A stretch of DNA of 64,000 nucleotides from assembly GCA_012295275.1 (NCBI GenBank), contig CM022671.1, positions 11,966,001-12,030,000 on the forward strand. The letters run 5' to 3'. A model generated the notes under the pieces. The model searched no databases. It was not told the origin of the DNA and saw nothing but the letters and a program-made list of their open reading frames with translations. The position numbers and the translations under genes were made by a program. Positions 44,867-64,000 of this stretch are shown here, piece after piece. Source of the DNA: Chrysomallon squamiferum. Lineage: Eukaryota; Animalia; Mollusca. Position 1 is the first letter of the stretch, and each line of letters starts with the position of its first letter.

Positions 44867-45489
44867 ACACAGCGCAGTTACACCCATTATCAGTCCTAAA
44901 TTATCCAGCTGATAAAGCTGCTACTTTGAAAATAAAACAACTATTATCACTACTATTATGCCGACTCCGCACTAACCACAAACACCGGCTCAGCAGGTTA
45001 GTTTGTTTTAAATTCTGTTAACTTATGTAGTCAAATAAACGATGTAAAACAACCACCGCCAAATGGAGGCATCCAGGAATTTCAGAAAAGCGAGATTCAC
45101 ACCATTCCTGTGAAACTTGAAGATGAAATGTGTTTTAGTATAAAGAAGAAAACGTGTTAAAAAACGTATAAAATTAAAAATATATATATATACGTATGTA
45201 TAAGCGTGCTTGTTAAAAAAAAATAACTTTTTTTTTTTTCTGTTGTTCAAAACTGGAAACTGTTTTATCTAAAACGCAGTACCCTGATTCAGATACAACT
45301 GGAATTTTTGTTACTGGAATTAAAGATTCCGCTGAAGAAAGTAAAGGTAAGATTCAACTTAATCACAAATCAACACATAAACAAATTCTGCATTAAAATA
45401 ATTAATATGAAAACGACAGTATAAGTATCCAGGTACAATAATATTTATAACTTTTACAAGAGGTTAAATTTTACTGTTAAAATAATAAT

Positions 45490-46925
45490 AGTATCACGAT
45501 GCTCACACCTTTAAACACATTGGCTGTTTTATTAAGGCTCAGTGTAGGGTAACAAGGTGCTTTAATGGCCACTTAACAAGGAATATAAACACTAAATTGA
45601 CAGCAATCGATATAAATCTATAAGTCTATCTATCCACCAGAGAAATAAACACAAGTTAAAGTTCACGTTAATTATTTAATTATGATAAACATGGTGACTT
45701 GATAATAATACATTATACAACCGTAAAACATACGTTTAAGTAATTTTGATTAATGATACGAGTAAGGTCATACAGGGAACCAAGACAAAATAAGAATCTG
45801 CACGGAGGACAGATTAAAACATTAAAATTTTAGGTATAATAAATGTTATTGACACAGGTTAATTGTTCATTACACCCTATCAAAATAAGATTAGACAATT
45901 TCTTACCATACTCGTCTGTAAAGACGATGTCATTCAAGAACATTGGTTTTCCCCGCCTAACTGAAGTCTCGTCTTGACCATTTCCTTTTGCAGAAAAGAG
46001 TTTTTGAGTAGGGAAAGAGAGTGGGTTCTGGTTATTTTTGGCAGTGGTATTTCTATTGATTTAAAATATGTTATATACACCTGCAACTAGAAAGAATAAG
46101 AACATGAACGTAATTAACTTATTAACATTTTTTATGTACAGTTTTTAAATTCCGATAACCGAGTTGGTATTGTCTGAAAGTAAGTACATATATTTTTGTT
46201 TTTTATTTTTTTAATTACTAATTTAATTGGCTATTCAAATTGATCCGTCAATCAGCCGACTCATCCATGGATGAATCAGCTGTTCAACCAGTCAATCTGT
46301 AAGTCAATAAATTCATTCAGTTGTTGTTTGTTTTTGTCAAAACAAAAAATAAATAAATAAATAAATAAAAATCAAAAATCAAACTTTCAACTCCAAGAGT
46401 CTATTAATTGAAAGCCAGCCCTTTTTATAACAACGCCATGGAGATGAAAATTTTGCGAAAACAATAAAAAGAGCAGATGTATTGTAGTAATAATTAAAGT
46501 TACGCAATTTCAATTCCATAGTTTAAAAATAAAAGAGCGGATGTGATTTGAAGTAACAATTAAAGTTAACTCTTGTAATTCAGAGTAACACAGATTTAAC
46601 TCTTGTAATGTAATGTAACACATATTAATTGCACTTTACACCCTATCAAAATTAGAATAGACAATTGCTTACCATACTCGTCTGTAAAACAATTTCATTT
46701 TAAAACATTTTACTGAACTCTCGTCTTGGCCGTTTCCTTCGCTTTCGCTCTTTAATTATCAAATGCCAGCCTTTTTATAACAACGCCATGAAGTTGAAAA
46801 ATTAGCGGAAACAATAAAAAGAGCGGATGTAATTATAGTTACAATTAAAGTTACACAATTTCAATTCCATCGCTAAAAAATAATAGGAGCGGAGGTGACT
46901 GAAGTAACAAATTTGGTTACGCAAT
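45490..46925. repeat. Copies 2 and 3 of the duplicated module; copy 2 interrupted by about 430 bp at 45986-46410
   Basis: Shared blocks caccctatcaaaat.agaatagacaatt.cttaccatactcgtc, gccagcc.tttttataacaacgccatg and aaaagagcggatgtg. Confidence 0.9.
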
Positions 46926-46967
46926 ATGAATTCCGTGACAAATAGTTTTTATTTGTTTTGGTTATTT

Positions 46968-46969
<2 letters not shown>

Positions 46970-47034
<65 letters not shown>

Positions 47035-47076
47035 GATTTGAGAGAACAACATTAGTTTCAGTTATATATCTACTGG

Positions 47077-47120
<44 letters not shown>
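46970..47120. repeat. (TC)n and (ATT)n microsatellites upstream of the homeobox 3' exon
   Basis: Direct inspection. Confidence 0.95.
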
Positions 47121-47696
47121 GATAGTCGTTGTTATTGTTATTTTTTTCAGGTTTGGTTTCAAAAGAAACGAGCACGACGAAGGGGCAAACAGACGAAAAC
47201 CCAAGCAGCATTAGGAACCGTTTCGCCACTGTCGTTCTATAAAACACCTTCATGCGGCCTCTGTTTCTCCTTATGGAGTTGTCTTATCATCAGTAATGCC
47301 GCATGCCTCGTGCTACCCGTTTTTTCAAGAATGACCTCCTCATTCTACGATGCTCACTGGATATCCATTTTACATGCAAGATTTTGAAGCCAAATTTGGT
47401 GCAGCGAAGGAAGTTCAAGCGTAGAAAGCACAAGAAAAAAAGACAGTCAGAAAGAGAGACTAATCTTTGTTCAAAGCATGTACCAGTTAGTGCTGTTATA
47501 TTTAGTGCTTTAATTGTAAATTAAGTTAAACTTAATTTGTTTTCATCAATTTTGTGCTGATTTCTTGTTTATTGTGATTAAATATAATTATTCACTTTAT
47601 TTGCAAATAAACTTTTTTAAAAATCAGAGCAAATTGTTATTTTTTATTTCTTTTTCTTTTAATATGCTATATTTTTGAAAATATTCCAACATGTTA

Positions 47697-47733
<37 letters not shown>

Positions 47734-47995
47734 GAATAAATATATAAATAAATAGATGTATATGAATCATTTCACGGTTGTATAAAATCTTCTAGTTTGT
47801 TGTAAAATTATTTTGTAGATTATACACTAGACCAACTTTCAAATAAATGATGAACAGCAGCCAGTCAATTCAAATGTGTACCGTGTGCTGTGTAACTAAT
47901 GCTAATAATTGTGAATATATACAGCGAGACATCAGTTGAATGTTAATATTTCAGTTTAGCAGCTAAAATATCGTACAGTATCGAGTAATTTGAAA

Positions 47996-53407
<5,412 letters not shown>

Positions 53408-53709
53408 CAATCTTGTGAATGTAGGACTTTGTGTTCCTTCACTGACTGAATTCTGAGTCATGTCCAGTCTTTTTTTTTTTAAATGCAACATATTTTGGCT
53501 TAAGTATGGTTTCATGTACAAGCCTTAATAGCAAGTTATATTTTTTGTGGTGTTAATAATAATTAATTTAGTTTTGTTTCATTGTATTTATTTTTTAATG
53601 TTAGTGATAATTTTAAAAAAAGTGAATAATATACTACCCTGACTTATATTTTACATGTAATATTTTGCATTCCAGTTATTGCCAAAGACTGCAGTATCAG
53701 TAATTTCTA

Positions 53710-53860
<151 letters not shown>

Positions 53861-55280
53861 ATAACTAATTTACAAAAATATATATATATAGCACTGATAT
53901 TCACAATCATATTTGTAGAATATATCAAAAACTAATGTTTACCTCTACCTCAGGACAATCATAGCTTTAATACATTTAACATTTCTTAATTATGATTTTA
54001 GTTAATGTGATAAGATATGCTTTATATAAAATCCTTGACAATTAGATCATAAGTAGATTTTAGGACTTGTAAGAAAACATTAAATAACAGTTAAACAGAT
54101 ACAAACTTTATTAATTGTGCCTGTTTTAAGCATTTATTGTTTTACACCTTATACCTGCTGCCAACAAATAAATAAATAAATAAATTTGTTATACTTTTGA
54201 TACATTTAATAGTGCATTGCTGACCTGTATTAGGACTGTTAAACCTGTACTGTAGGTTTAACAATAATTAACAACAAGAGATCGTTTCTATGTTACTTAA
54301 TGCAACATTTCATGGCCTTTGAGAGGCAGTGTCAATGATAAGGAATCAATCATCGCATGATCAGCTATAGCCCACTTATAATCCAGTGACAGTATAAAAT
54401 ATAATCAAAAATGATTATAACTTTAAAAAAATATATTAGTTATGTTTATTAAATATTTAAAATTTGAATCATACAGTAATGTCACGTGATCGATCAAGTA
54501 ACAAATTTATATTTTTTTTATAATTAGCATGTCTCTAGAAATGTTGTGCTGTAAAAGTGATGTATCTGAATTTGATATTTTGGTTTTATATAAATTATTG
54601 TTAGTACAGGCATGTAAGATTTTTGAAGAGGGTAAGGTATGGGAAGTAATGCACACCTTATCAATCTGTGATGTCAACATTTTGTTAATAAATTTACTTC
54701 TGCAGTGTGAGTATTCTAGGTATGATTTGTTTTTAACAACTGCACATACCCTCAATGACAACATAACTAAAAAGATCCTGTGTGTGGCTAAAATAAGTCT
54801 GAAAGTTAATTAGGTGGACCATGTCCTGTACACAACCACCGTGTCACTCTGACGTAGCAGTATTAAGTATGGATCTATGTAAGTAGATTTGTTGAGGAGT
54901 GTTTGTACAATGCTTTACAGAAACATAATTTTCATCATGGATCAGCAAGCTTGAAGAATAATGACATATATATTGAATGTGGTCTCTTATATAAGAATTT
55001 GTATGCTCTTTTTTATTAATTTTCTTTACTTGTCATATTTTGTAACAACCTGCATTTATTTGGCACATGCTCAGGACATTCATTTATCTACAATAAGTAT
55101 TAATCAAAACAAAAAAGCTTTAATATATAACATTATACATTAATTATTGCTGTTCATTATTGGATTGTAATATTTAGTTGCTTTATTAAAGTGTAAAAAT
55201 ATTTTATAACTGTAATGTTGTTATTGTTTATTATTGGACTAATATCCTCTCTTTATTATAACAATATTTATGCAAAATGT

Positions 55281-55319
<39 letters not shown>

Positions 55320-56942
55320 CAAATACATTAAAAAAAAAAAAAATTAAAATAAACAATTTAAAAAATAGGAAAGAAAAAATGGCCTTTTAAATTTATTATT
55401 ATTGTTTATATTGGATTATACTATGCAGACCCTTTATGTACAAAAGCTTTACTGTTCATTCAGTGCATAATTAAATGTAAGTACAATTTTTATTATTATT
55501 AATTTTTTAATAATTTGATCATATTAGTTCATGTGTGTAAACTGCAGAAAAGACAGCTTTCCTTGTGTAAATTTTTTATTATTATAAAATTCATGTTTGT
55601 AAAGTACCCATTAAAATAGGGGGAAATAAAACTTTATTGTATTTAGTGTAATTATCCAATGTTATAATCAAAACAATCAGTTCATTAATATAAAGAATAA
55701 AACAAAAGCTTCAGACTCATAGTGCTGTGAATTCATTATTGTCAGAAAATTCTGTGTGTGTGATGAATATATAGCACAAAACACTTCTACTCATTTAATG
55801 TTAAATAGTTTTACTGAAATCAGTTATTTTCAAAAAGAGCAACATTGCTTCAGTCTGGTTTGTTACAGTTTGTTTGTAACATTAATGTTAGATTGTTATT
55901 GTTTTATTGTGCAACATTTTAATTATAACATTTATGTTATGTGGTATGTATTTTACTATTTAGTCTAATTTTACAACTGTTTGCTTTTCATTTTTGTTTG
56001 TTATACATTGCTGCAGAAAAGTCCCATGTTACACCAGTACAATTACTAATGAAAGCATGTTACATACTCTTTATGTATCATCAGATATTAAGCATCAGTT
56101 TCCTTCTTTTTGTGGTAATAAACTTTTTTTAATTAGCTAGAATTATGTACGTTCTTATTTTAAAAATTTCACAAAAAAGATGAATATTAAATTTACACAT
56201 ATCACTGGGTATTTTAATAAAGGTTTTAAAAAAATCCATTTAGTTTGTTATTGTTTAATGAAATTTAATAATAAATTAATAAATGCATATTCATTATGAC
56301 AAGTAAATAATTTCTTCCATATTATTTTTTGATTTATATGATTTATACTGCAAAACACTTTTTTCACTGTTCTCACCTGTCACTCATTAGTAGTTATTTC
56401 TCCTGCCTAGGTAAGATGTTGTCATTATTAACATAAACAACCAAACTTGGATTTGAAAGCAGGGACAAGTGCTGGACTGAGATCAGAGAAGGTCCTGCCT
56501 ACATTAAAATCCTTTAAGATTTCTTGTAAATGTATACAGCTTAACAAACACACCTCTACACAGACAGTTTCACAAAAGCAGTCATATTTGTTCAGACACA
56601 CTCACAAACACAATATACATGGTTATTTTTGATAGTGAAAATTATTGATGACCTATTGTAATTCCTGTAATAAATGGTTTTGATGTTTTTATTGTTCAAA
56701 TTACATAGGACTTGTAGATCTTAGAACAATAGAAATATATTTTTATCTTGGTCAAGTGAAATTTCTAAATTTAATACATAAAATTTGTTTAGCTGCAACT
56801 TTGTATCACCACTGGTATTCTAATATAGAAAAAGTCTTTACTTTTTTTATATTTTAGACAAAAATGTATTCTGTACCAGTATTAAGTATTAATAATTTCA
56901 TCAAACAAGTTTTATACATTAATTGAAAAAAATGAAAAATAA

Positions 56943-57024
<82 letters not shown>

Positions 57025-57780
57025 ATAATAATAAATAAATAAATAAATAAAAAATAAAAATCCTTGACAAAATCAACATGTAATATACAACACTTTTTTA
57101 ATACTTAAACATTTTACAATATTATCTATAATTTAAAAACCACATGAAGCACTGCAACGAAATATTTTTATCTAACAAAATATTATGTCATTACTTATAT
57201 TTTATTACACTAATAAAAATATTATACATCTGCAATACAGAAAGCAAAATTACTATTTTATGCTTCCAGAAGCAGAGCAAAATGAAGTTGGGGGCTTTAC
57301 TCATTGTTTTATCTTGATTTCTAATCTGAAGTTTACATTGCAATATAGCCCAGTAAATGTGGTTTACTTAATATGTGTCTTCGGCTTAGTTCAGTTCAAG
57401 TTCATACTTGCTTAAAATTCACATTCAAATGCCTGTGTTCACTCTTGCATAAACTGTAACATCTGTTATTAATAACTCCAACAGACACACATACCAGACA
57501 CAGAGACTGGCTGCGTTAGCTATTTATGTGTGTCAGTGTACAGCATAACTCTTAGATCATCAGTGTGTGTGATTTTAGGATAACATTTAGTCAGAAGTCA
57601 AAATATGTGAATGGAAGGCAGATATTTACAACAAAAATAATACTTACATTTTTCTTCCCTATGTTTTCCCTATTTTGCATTTATAATTAAAATGTATAAT
57701 AATAATAATAACAATAATAACAATAATTTTATGATTATAGAAACATTAACATAATAAAAATGTTTAATTTGTTTGTTTTG

Positions 57781-57831
<51 letters not shown>

Positions 57832-59502
57832 TACTCAATACAGAGTTATACTTATGAAATATTAAAAACAAAAACACAAAAAAATAAAATAATAAACAAT
57901 CCCAACAACAATAATATATATATATAGGTACACAATGTATATTAACTTCTGTAATTCTATCTTATTAATATAATTTTAATATTAAAAACTCCTCTCATTT
58001 GAAAAGAACTCCCAACATTTTAATAAAATATATAAATAACTAAATCCAAAACCCGGATAGTATTATTTAACCGGTTCTACTCTAATTGTTGCTTAAAACG
58101 CTTGAGTTTTTATAATTAGATCATATATATTATCATGTAAAGTGAACAAAATAGATTCCACAGACAAAAAAAAAAAAAAAAATAGAAACAAAATAATAAC
58201 AATAAATAAATAAATGATGACAAATCGGGCGCAACGGAACTGTTAGTCATCCTGAGTTTTTCCGGTCAATGCCCCGTCTTTCTCACAGCGTATAGACCGA
58301 ATCTAAAATGTGTTAATGTGTTCCACTCTAGTGACTGTAACTCGAACATACTGGTTTGGCGCTGTATGAAGCGGTAACGGCGGGTTTTGTATGTATATTA
58401 TATTATTCATCAAGATGTGCTTGTATTCGCACAACGTAACAGTTACGGAACGCCGTTTTGCCATCTAAACAAAGACTCGTTTTTCGTAAAGCGTAGTTTT
58501 CGTTTCGTAAAATATAAATTTTTTTAAAAATAAGCGCCCTTTCATTTTCATATCGACTGAGATTTATTTAGGTTCGAATGCACACATTTACAAACAGATG
58601 CAACTTGCATTTTATTCCAAACAGTTACAAAAAATAATAATAATAATAATAATAAAAAATAAACAAAAATAAAAAATGAAAACATGTTTGCAACACGTGT
58701 TATTATTATTACTTGGGTTTCACATTAATTAGTCATTTTTGTATTAGTTGTACGCACATACAAATTAATTCGGTGCAAATGCACATAGGTGACGAGCAGA
58801 TCGACCTATACGTATTACATCATTCTATATATGATTGTTATATTTTTAGAATTGTCGCAAATAGGTCTTAATTACATTACAGTGCAATAACTGATCCAGA
58901 ATGTTTTATTTATTTAAATGGGGTACTATCAAGGGTCAAAGGCATAAAATCTAATAATAATAATAATAAATACCCCTATATATACATGTGCAATCTTTTT
59001 GATATTATGACAGTATCAATATTATGACAAAACGGCGCTCCATATACAATACATAAATAATGAACCAGTTTGTGTTTAACTTTGTACATACGTTCCAAAT
59101 CAGAACTGAACGTGCCTGTAGTAGTTATTTCTACTCACTTGTAAAGGGTTTCCGGTAAGTACAATCACTAATTATTACAATAATACTGCGTTACGACAAC
59201 AAAACACAAATGTCGCTAAGGAAACCATCGTTCGGCTCGTTTCTTAACGTAATACTCGATTTGTAATTTCCAAGCTCATTTTCGTTCGTTAAATTTGAAT
59301 GTTTTTTGTCGATGCATGATAATAGAATTGTAATTTATAAGCGATATACAATAAATAACCAAGAAAATATTGAATAAATTCGAGGAATGAAAAGACTAAG
59401 AATAAGTTACTGTTTAAGAAAGATAACTAAAATGTATATAAGCTTATAAGGGGCAACTATTTTATTTCTTAGATCATCTGTAATTTACTGATTTCAGAAA
59501 AT

Positions 59503-59603
<101 letters not shown>

Positions 59604-61782
59604 AGAGTACAAATACGTATTAGTCCATAGTTCTGTTAACTGTCTTTGTTTCGATACAAGATAGTTATTGGATTCACAGATGAATGTCCCAAATTTTTTT
59701 ATATTTATTTACTTATTATTATTATTATTATTATTATTATCATCATCATCATCTAGATTTTATTAAGTTATTATATTTTCTTCTTTATAATGAAAATGAT
59801 ATAAAATAATTATAATAATACCCCAACCCACGAATATTTTGAAATCCTCTGATGACCTCCATCTTCTTCTATAAAAGGTACTGACAAAAGTATATTAATA
59901 TTAATATATTCAATTTATAAGTTAAATTTATAAATAAATAAATAAATAAATAAAAATATAAATAATGATAGAGTGCAATAGTAACAACAACAACAACAAA
60001 AATATTTATAATCCAAAGTATAAAATAATATTAAGTATAATGTTCTTTTGTCATAGTTCATTCGTTGAATTAATTATTATTATTGTCGTGTTTTATTTAA
60101 TTATATATTTGTTTATTTATTACTGGCATGAAAATAAGACATTTTTTAAAATCATATTTTACATAATAGTGTAAGTTAAAAATTGTTGTTGTTTATAATC
60201 ATTTTAAAATAAAATAAGTAACTGAATGTAATTAAATGTCTTGTTGTTTTTCTTTTACCGTCAATAGCGGAAAAACACTGATCTGAAACAGTCACTTTTA
60301 TCTAATCTTAGTGAGATTCAGTAACTTTTGTTACTAGCTAGTAACCACACAGTTTAAACTTAAATTAGAACTCCAGAAATGTAGCTTAACGACATTCCGG
60401 CCGTACTGCTTAGATCTGCACAGCGTGCGTAGTTCGTATTTTTTGTGTTTTTGTATTCTGGTGGGTTTGGGTCAACCATCTTTAAATTTCGTTTTAATGA
60501 CACTTTGTACCATTTATAAACATGTTTTTAATGTTTATACAGTAATGTACTGTAAAAAAACAAAACCGAAGTAATCAATTCTAAAATACATTACTTAGGT
60601 TTGAATACTGCCTCTACTGGTAATAGTTTATTTATTTTAATTTAATTTTTTAAAGAAAAAGTAGGGGTTGGAAACTCCAATTTGACCACTTTATTTTGAT
60701 TTACTAAATTCTTACGTATTGCAGAACGTTAAAATTATAACATCTTGTATTATGGTGTGCACAAAAAGTACAAATTTAGATATGAAATATATAATTATGG
60801 AGATTAGGAAAATTAAAACGAAATTGAACGAAATTGATAATATGTACGGCGAGATGAGGTGAATGACGTTGAGACGCTCTGAGCATTCAACAAATAATTG
60901 TAATTTTGCTAGTATCATTGCATAGCTTCAAACTTGGATTCAGCATACCTTGAAACCCGTATATTCCAAATTTCATATTTTCTGCCAGATTTATACACTT
61001 TAATAAAAATGTATCACATATTCAGTCCGCTTGTCGCGTTATCGAACAGTGGTTTGACGTTGTAAAATAAAACTTTATAAATCACTTATACGGAGCCACA
61101 GTCATAGCCCCACAGCATTTCTAAAGATGCACATAATTGATAAAGTAGAACAATATATACACAAACATTAGTGTAAGAATGACTAATATAGATTTATTTT
61201 CGTGTATAGCACTGAACACACAACAGTAATAACATGTATAATAATATATATCTTGGTTTATCTCGTAATCTTTGGTATGTGATACACAACTTGATTATTC
61301 ATTATTCTAGATGAATATTTTAACAGTTTATTATTATGATAATACTGTCGTTTTCTTATTTCTTCTAATTATTATTCAGTTGTTTTTTTTTTTTATTATT
61401 ATTGTTGTTGTATTGATGATCACGATGATGGTTTTATTGTTGTTTTGATGTTTAAAATATATATACGACAACATTAATATCATAAAAATATTTTATAACA
61501 AAATTATATTTCGAGAAAACTAATAATAATAATAATAATAATAATAAATTGTAAACAAAATCCCACTGAGGCTGTTTTCCCTGTAAACAAGTTCAATAAC
61601 TAAGTAGTGGGAGATAACCAAAGTGTTCAAACAGAAATCAGTGTTTATATCTGTATTACGTATGAATGTTTTATGTCACTTGAAAAAATATTTTGTATGA
61701 AACGTTTCCACTCAACTACGAATAGAGCTCAGGTTGGTCTGTCGATTGTTTACTTTATTTAGATAACAACAGTATAATTAAC

Positions 61783-62027
61783 ATTATACTTTCTAGTGTA
61801 CAAAATTAGTAGGAAAAAAGATCTGGATTCGATTATACTTTCTAGTGTACAAAATTAGTAGGAAAAAAGATCTGGATTAGATTATACTTTCTAGTGTACA
61901 AAATTAGTAGGAAAAAAGATCTGGATTCGATTATACTTTCTAGTGTACAAAATTAGTAGGAAAAAAGATCTGGATTAGATTATACTTTCTAGTGTACAAA
62001 ATTAGTAGGAAAAAAGATCTGAATTCG
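61783..62027. repeat. 49-bp tandem repeat x5
   Basis: Units start at 61783, 61832, 61881, 61930, 61979: attatactttctagtgtacaaaattagtaggaaaaaagatctggatt(c/a)g. Confidence 0.95.
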
Positions 62028-62654
62028 CTGTCTTCAAAGTTTCTCCACTTAAATCGCTGCTGGATGAGAGTTATTTAATTAATTGTTTGGAATTCCAGTT
62101 ACAGATAGTTTTTTTTTTAAAATATTTTTATTCATCTCATAGAATTTAATTTAATTTACGTTATTATCAAATTCTTTAATGAGTTAGAAGAAAGATAACT
62201 GACTATGTATACACAGGTATTCTATGCCATCATTACAAAATTGTACTTTTCGATTAAATATTTCCGGAACGGTATCGAAGGATTATTTCCGAAATTCATT
62301 ATTATTAAACTATTACAGATAGTCTCTTACTAAGATCAAATTGTGAGAAAAAAAACCCGGGAATTTAAATATATATTAAACCGAAATTTCAGTGTGGTCT
62401 TTGTGAAATATGTCTTGTTTTGTCAGAACATCAGCTATCAAAATTCATTTTAAGAAAACAGATCCATACATTTCAGTCAGAACTTTGTGACAGCATTATT
62501 GTATTATATAAATTATACAAAATCTGTGTGATATTCAAAATTTAATTACTGGCTGTATTTAATATATTTTAAAAAACTGTAATATATAGGAGAAAATATC
62601 ACAGTGAGTAAGGAATATCTGGTTACCGTCTTGAGATCTGAGCTTTATCCTGCA

Positions 62655-62830
62655 CAGAGGCGTAGCGTTGACTGCGAGCGCCCGGGGCAAGGCGAGTGTA
62701 TTGCGCACCGCTAATCCGTGCAATTTAGACATTCCCGAGCACCTTCCACTAGTCCAGTACTGAACCTAGCAATTTTTGCGCTCGGGGCAACTGTCCCTGA
62801 TATGTCACTACCTACGAAAGTTAGAGCTGC
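62655..62830 (+). mobile_element. Degenerate GC-rich hAT-type MITE
   Basis: Starts cagaggcgtagcg and has gcgc(c/t)cggggcaa twice, typical of small non-autonomous hAT elements. Right TIR decayed; no TSD found. Confidence 0.4.
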
Positions 62831-63137
62831 AATCGCCAGTTAACCCGAGCAGAATAAAGCTGGTAGTTTAAAGCAGTAACCAGTTATTTCTTTTATATAT
62901 ATATAATTATATTACTTTTTTGAAAACGTTTATATATTGATGTATAGTTTTTTTAGGCAACAACGAAATAATTACGCATGAATCCACTACTACTGTGGAG
63001 AGCAGTGAGTTAAGAAATAAAACAGTTAATTTCATTTAGTTTTTTCCGATTGAAGAATAAAAGAAATAACTGGCCTAAAAAAAGCTTTACTATATTGCAT
63101 CAATATATAAACTTTCGTTTTCAAAAAAGTTATAAAA

Positions 63138-63770
<633 letters not shown>

Positions 63771-64000
63771 AATAAGTAATTTATCGAAGTAAAAAGCTAA
63801 ATTTTAATAATCAATTCCCGAAAATATAGACATTTATTTAGTCATCATATCTTGCCATTTTTTATTGTGATTGCAACTGATATACATCTACATCTACATC
63901 TATCTATTTATATAGATAGATAGATATATATATATTTCCTTTCAAAACTTATTTTCATTTAAATTTGATGTTAGTGGCTAATTTTTTAATTTGCAGTATT

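Larger units (their letters stand above)
43101..47387 (+). pseudogene. Decayed PRD-class homeobox gene split by a 3.9-kb phase-0 intron
   Basis: 5' part 43108-43213 reads QRRER..KEQ, then after a frameshift FLSRNPHPATQEIGSEIGVPEP*ID followed by gtgggc. 3' exon after tttttttcag at 47151 reads VWFQKKRARRR. The intron falls between homeodomain codons 46 and 47. The 3' exon is better supported than the pairing of the two parts. Confidence 0.6.

Noticed and set aside
43641-44899. Overlapping 300-384 aa ORFs as separate genes
   Set aside because: The 35-bp unit cycles through all frames and lacks stops by composition; kept only as a speculative finding.

Overview
AT-rich, intron-containing animal genomic DNA, most consistent with an invertebrate (gastropod/mollusc is an inference). 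All gene models were spliced by hand from GT-AG sites and phase. Six intact protein-coding genes were found: NTAQ1/WDYHV1 (-, 6 exons), ISOC1-like (+, 5 exons, head-to-head with NTAQ1), an intronless orphan class A GPCR (+), an SVOP/SVOPL-family MFS transporter (-, 13 coding exons), a compact NEK4-like kinase (-, 11 exons) and spermidine synthase SRM (+, 8 exons). Also present: a split, decayed PRD-class homeobox (43.1 kb and 47.15 kb), a Buster/Charlie-type hAT remnant with TIRs and 8-bp TSD, a Ginger2-like integrase remnant with TIRs, old SINE-like fragments, and many micro- and minisatellites. The most striking pattern is that several minisatellites are amplified splice junctions. The best case is a 94-bp x10 array in SVOPL intron 10: nine extra units each read AG / 24-nt in-frame exon (VYPTAVRT) / GTATGT / 70-nt intron, i.e. 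a candidate stack of new micro-exons. Most long ORFs in the ORF track are repeat artefacts.
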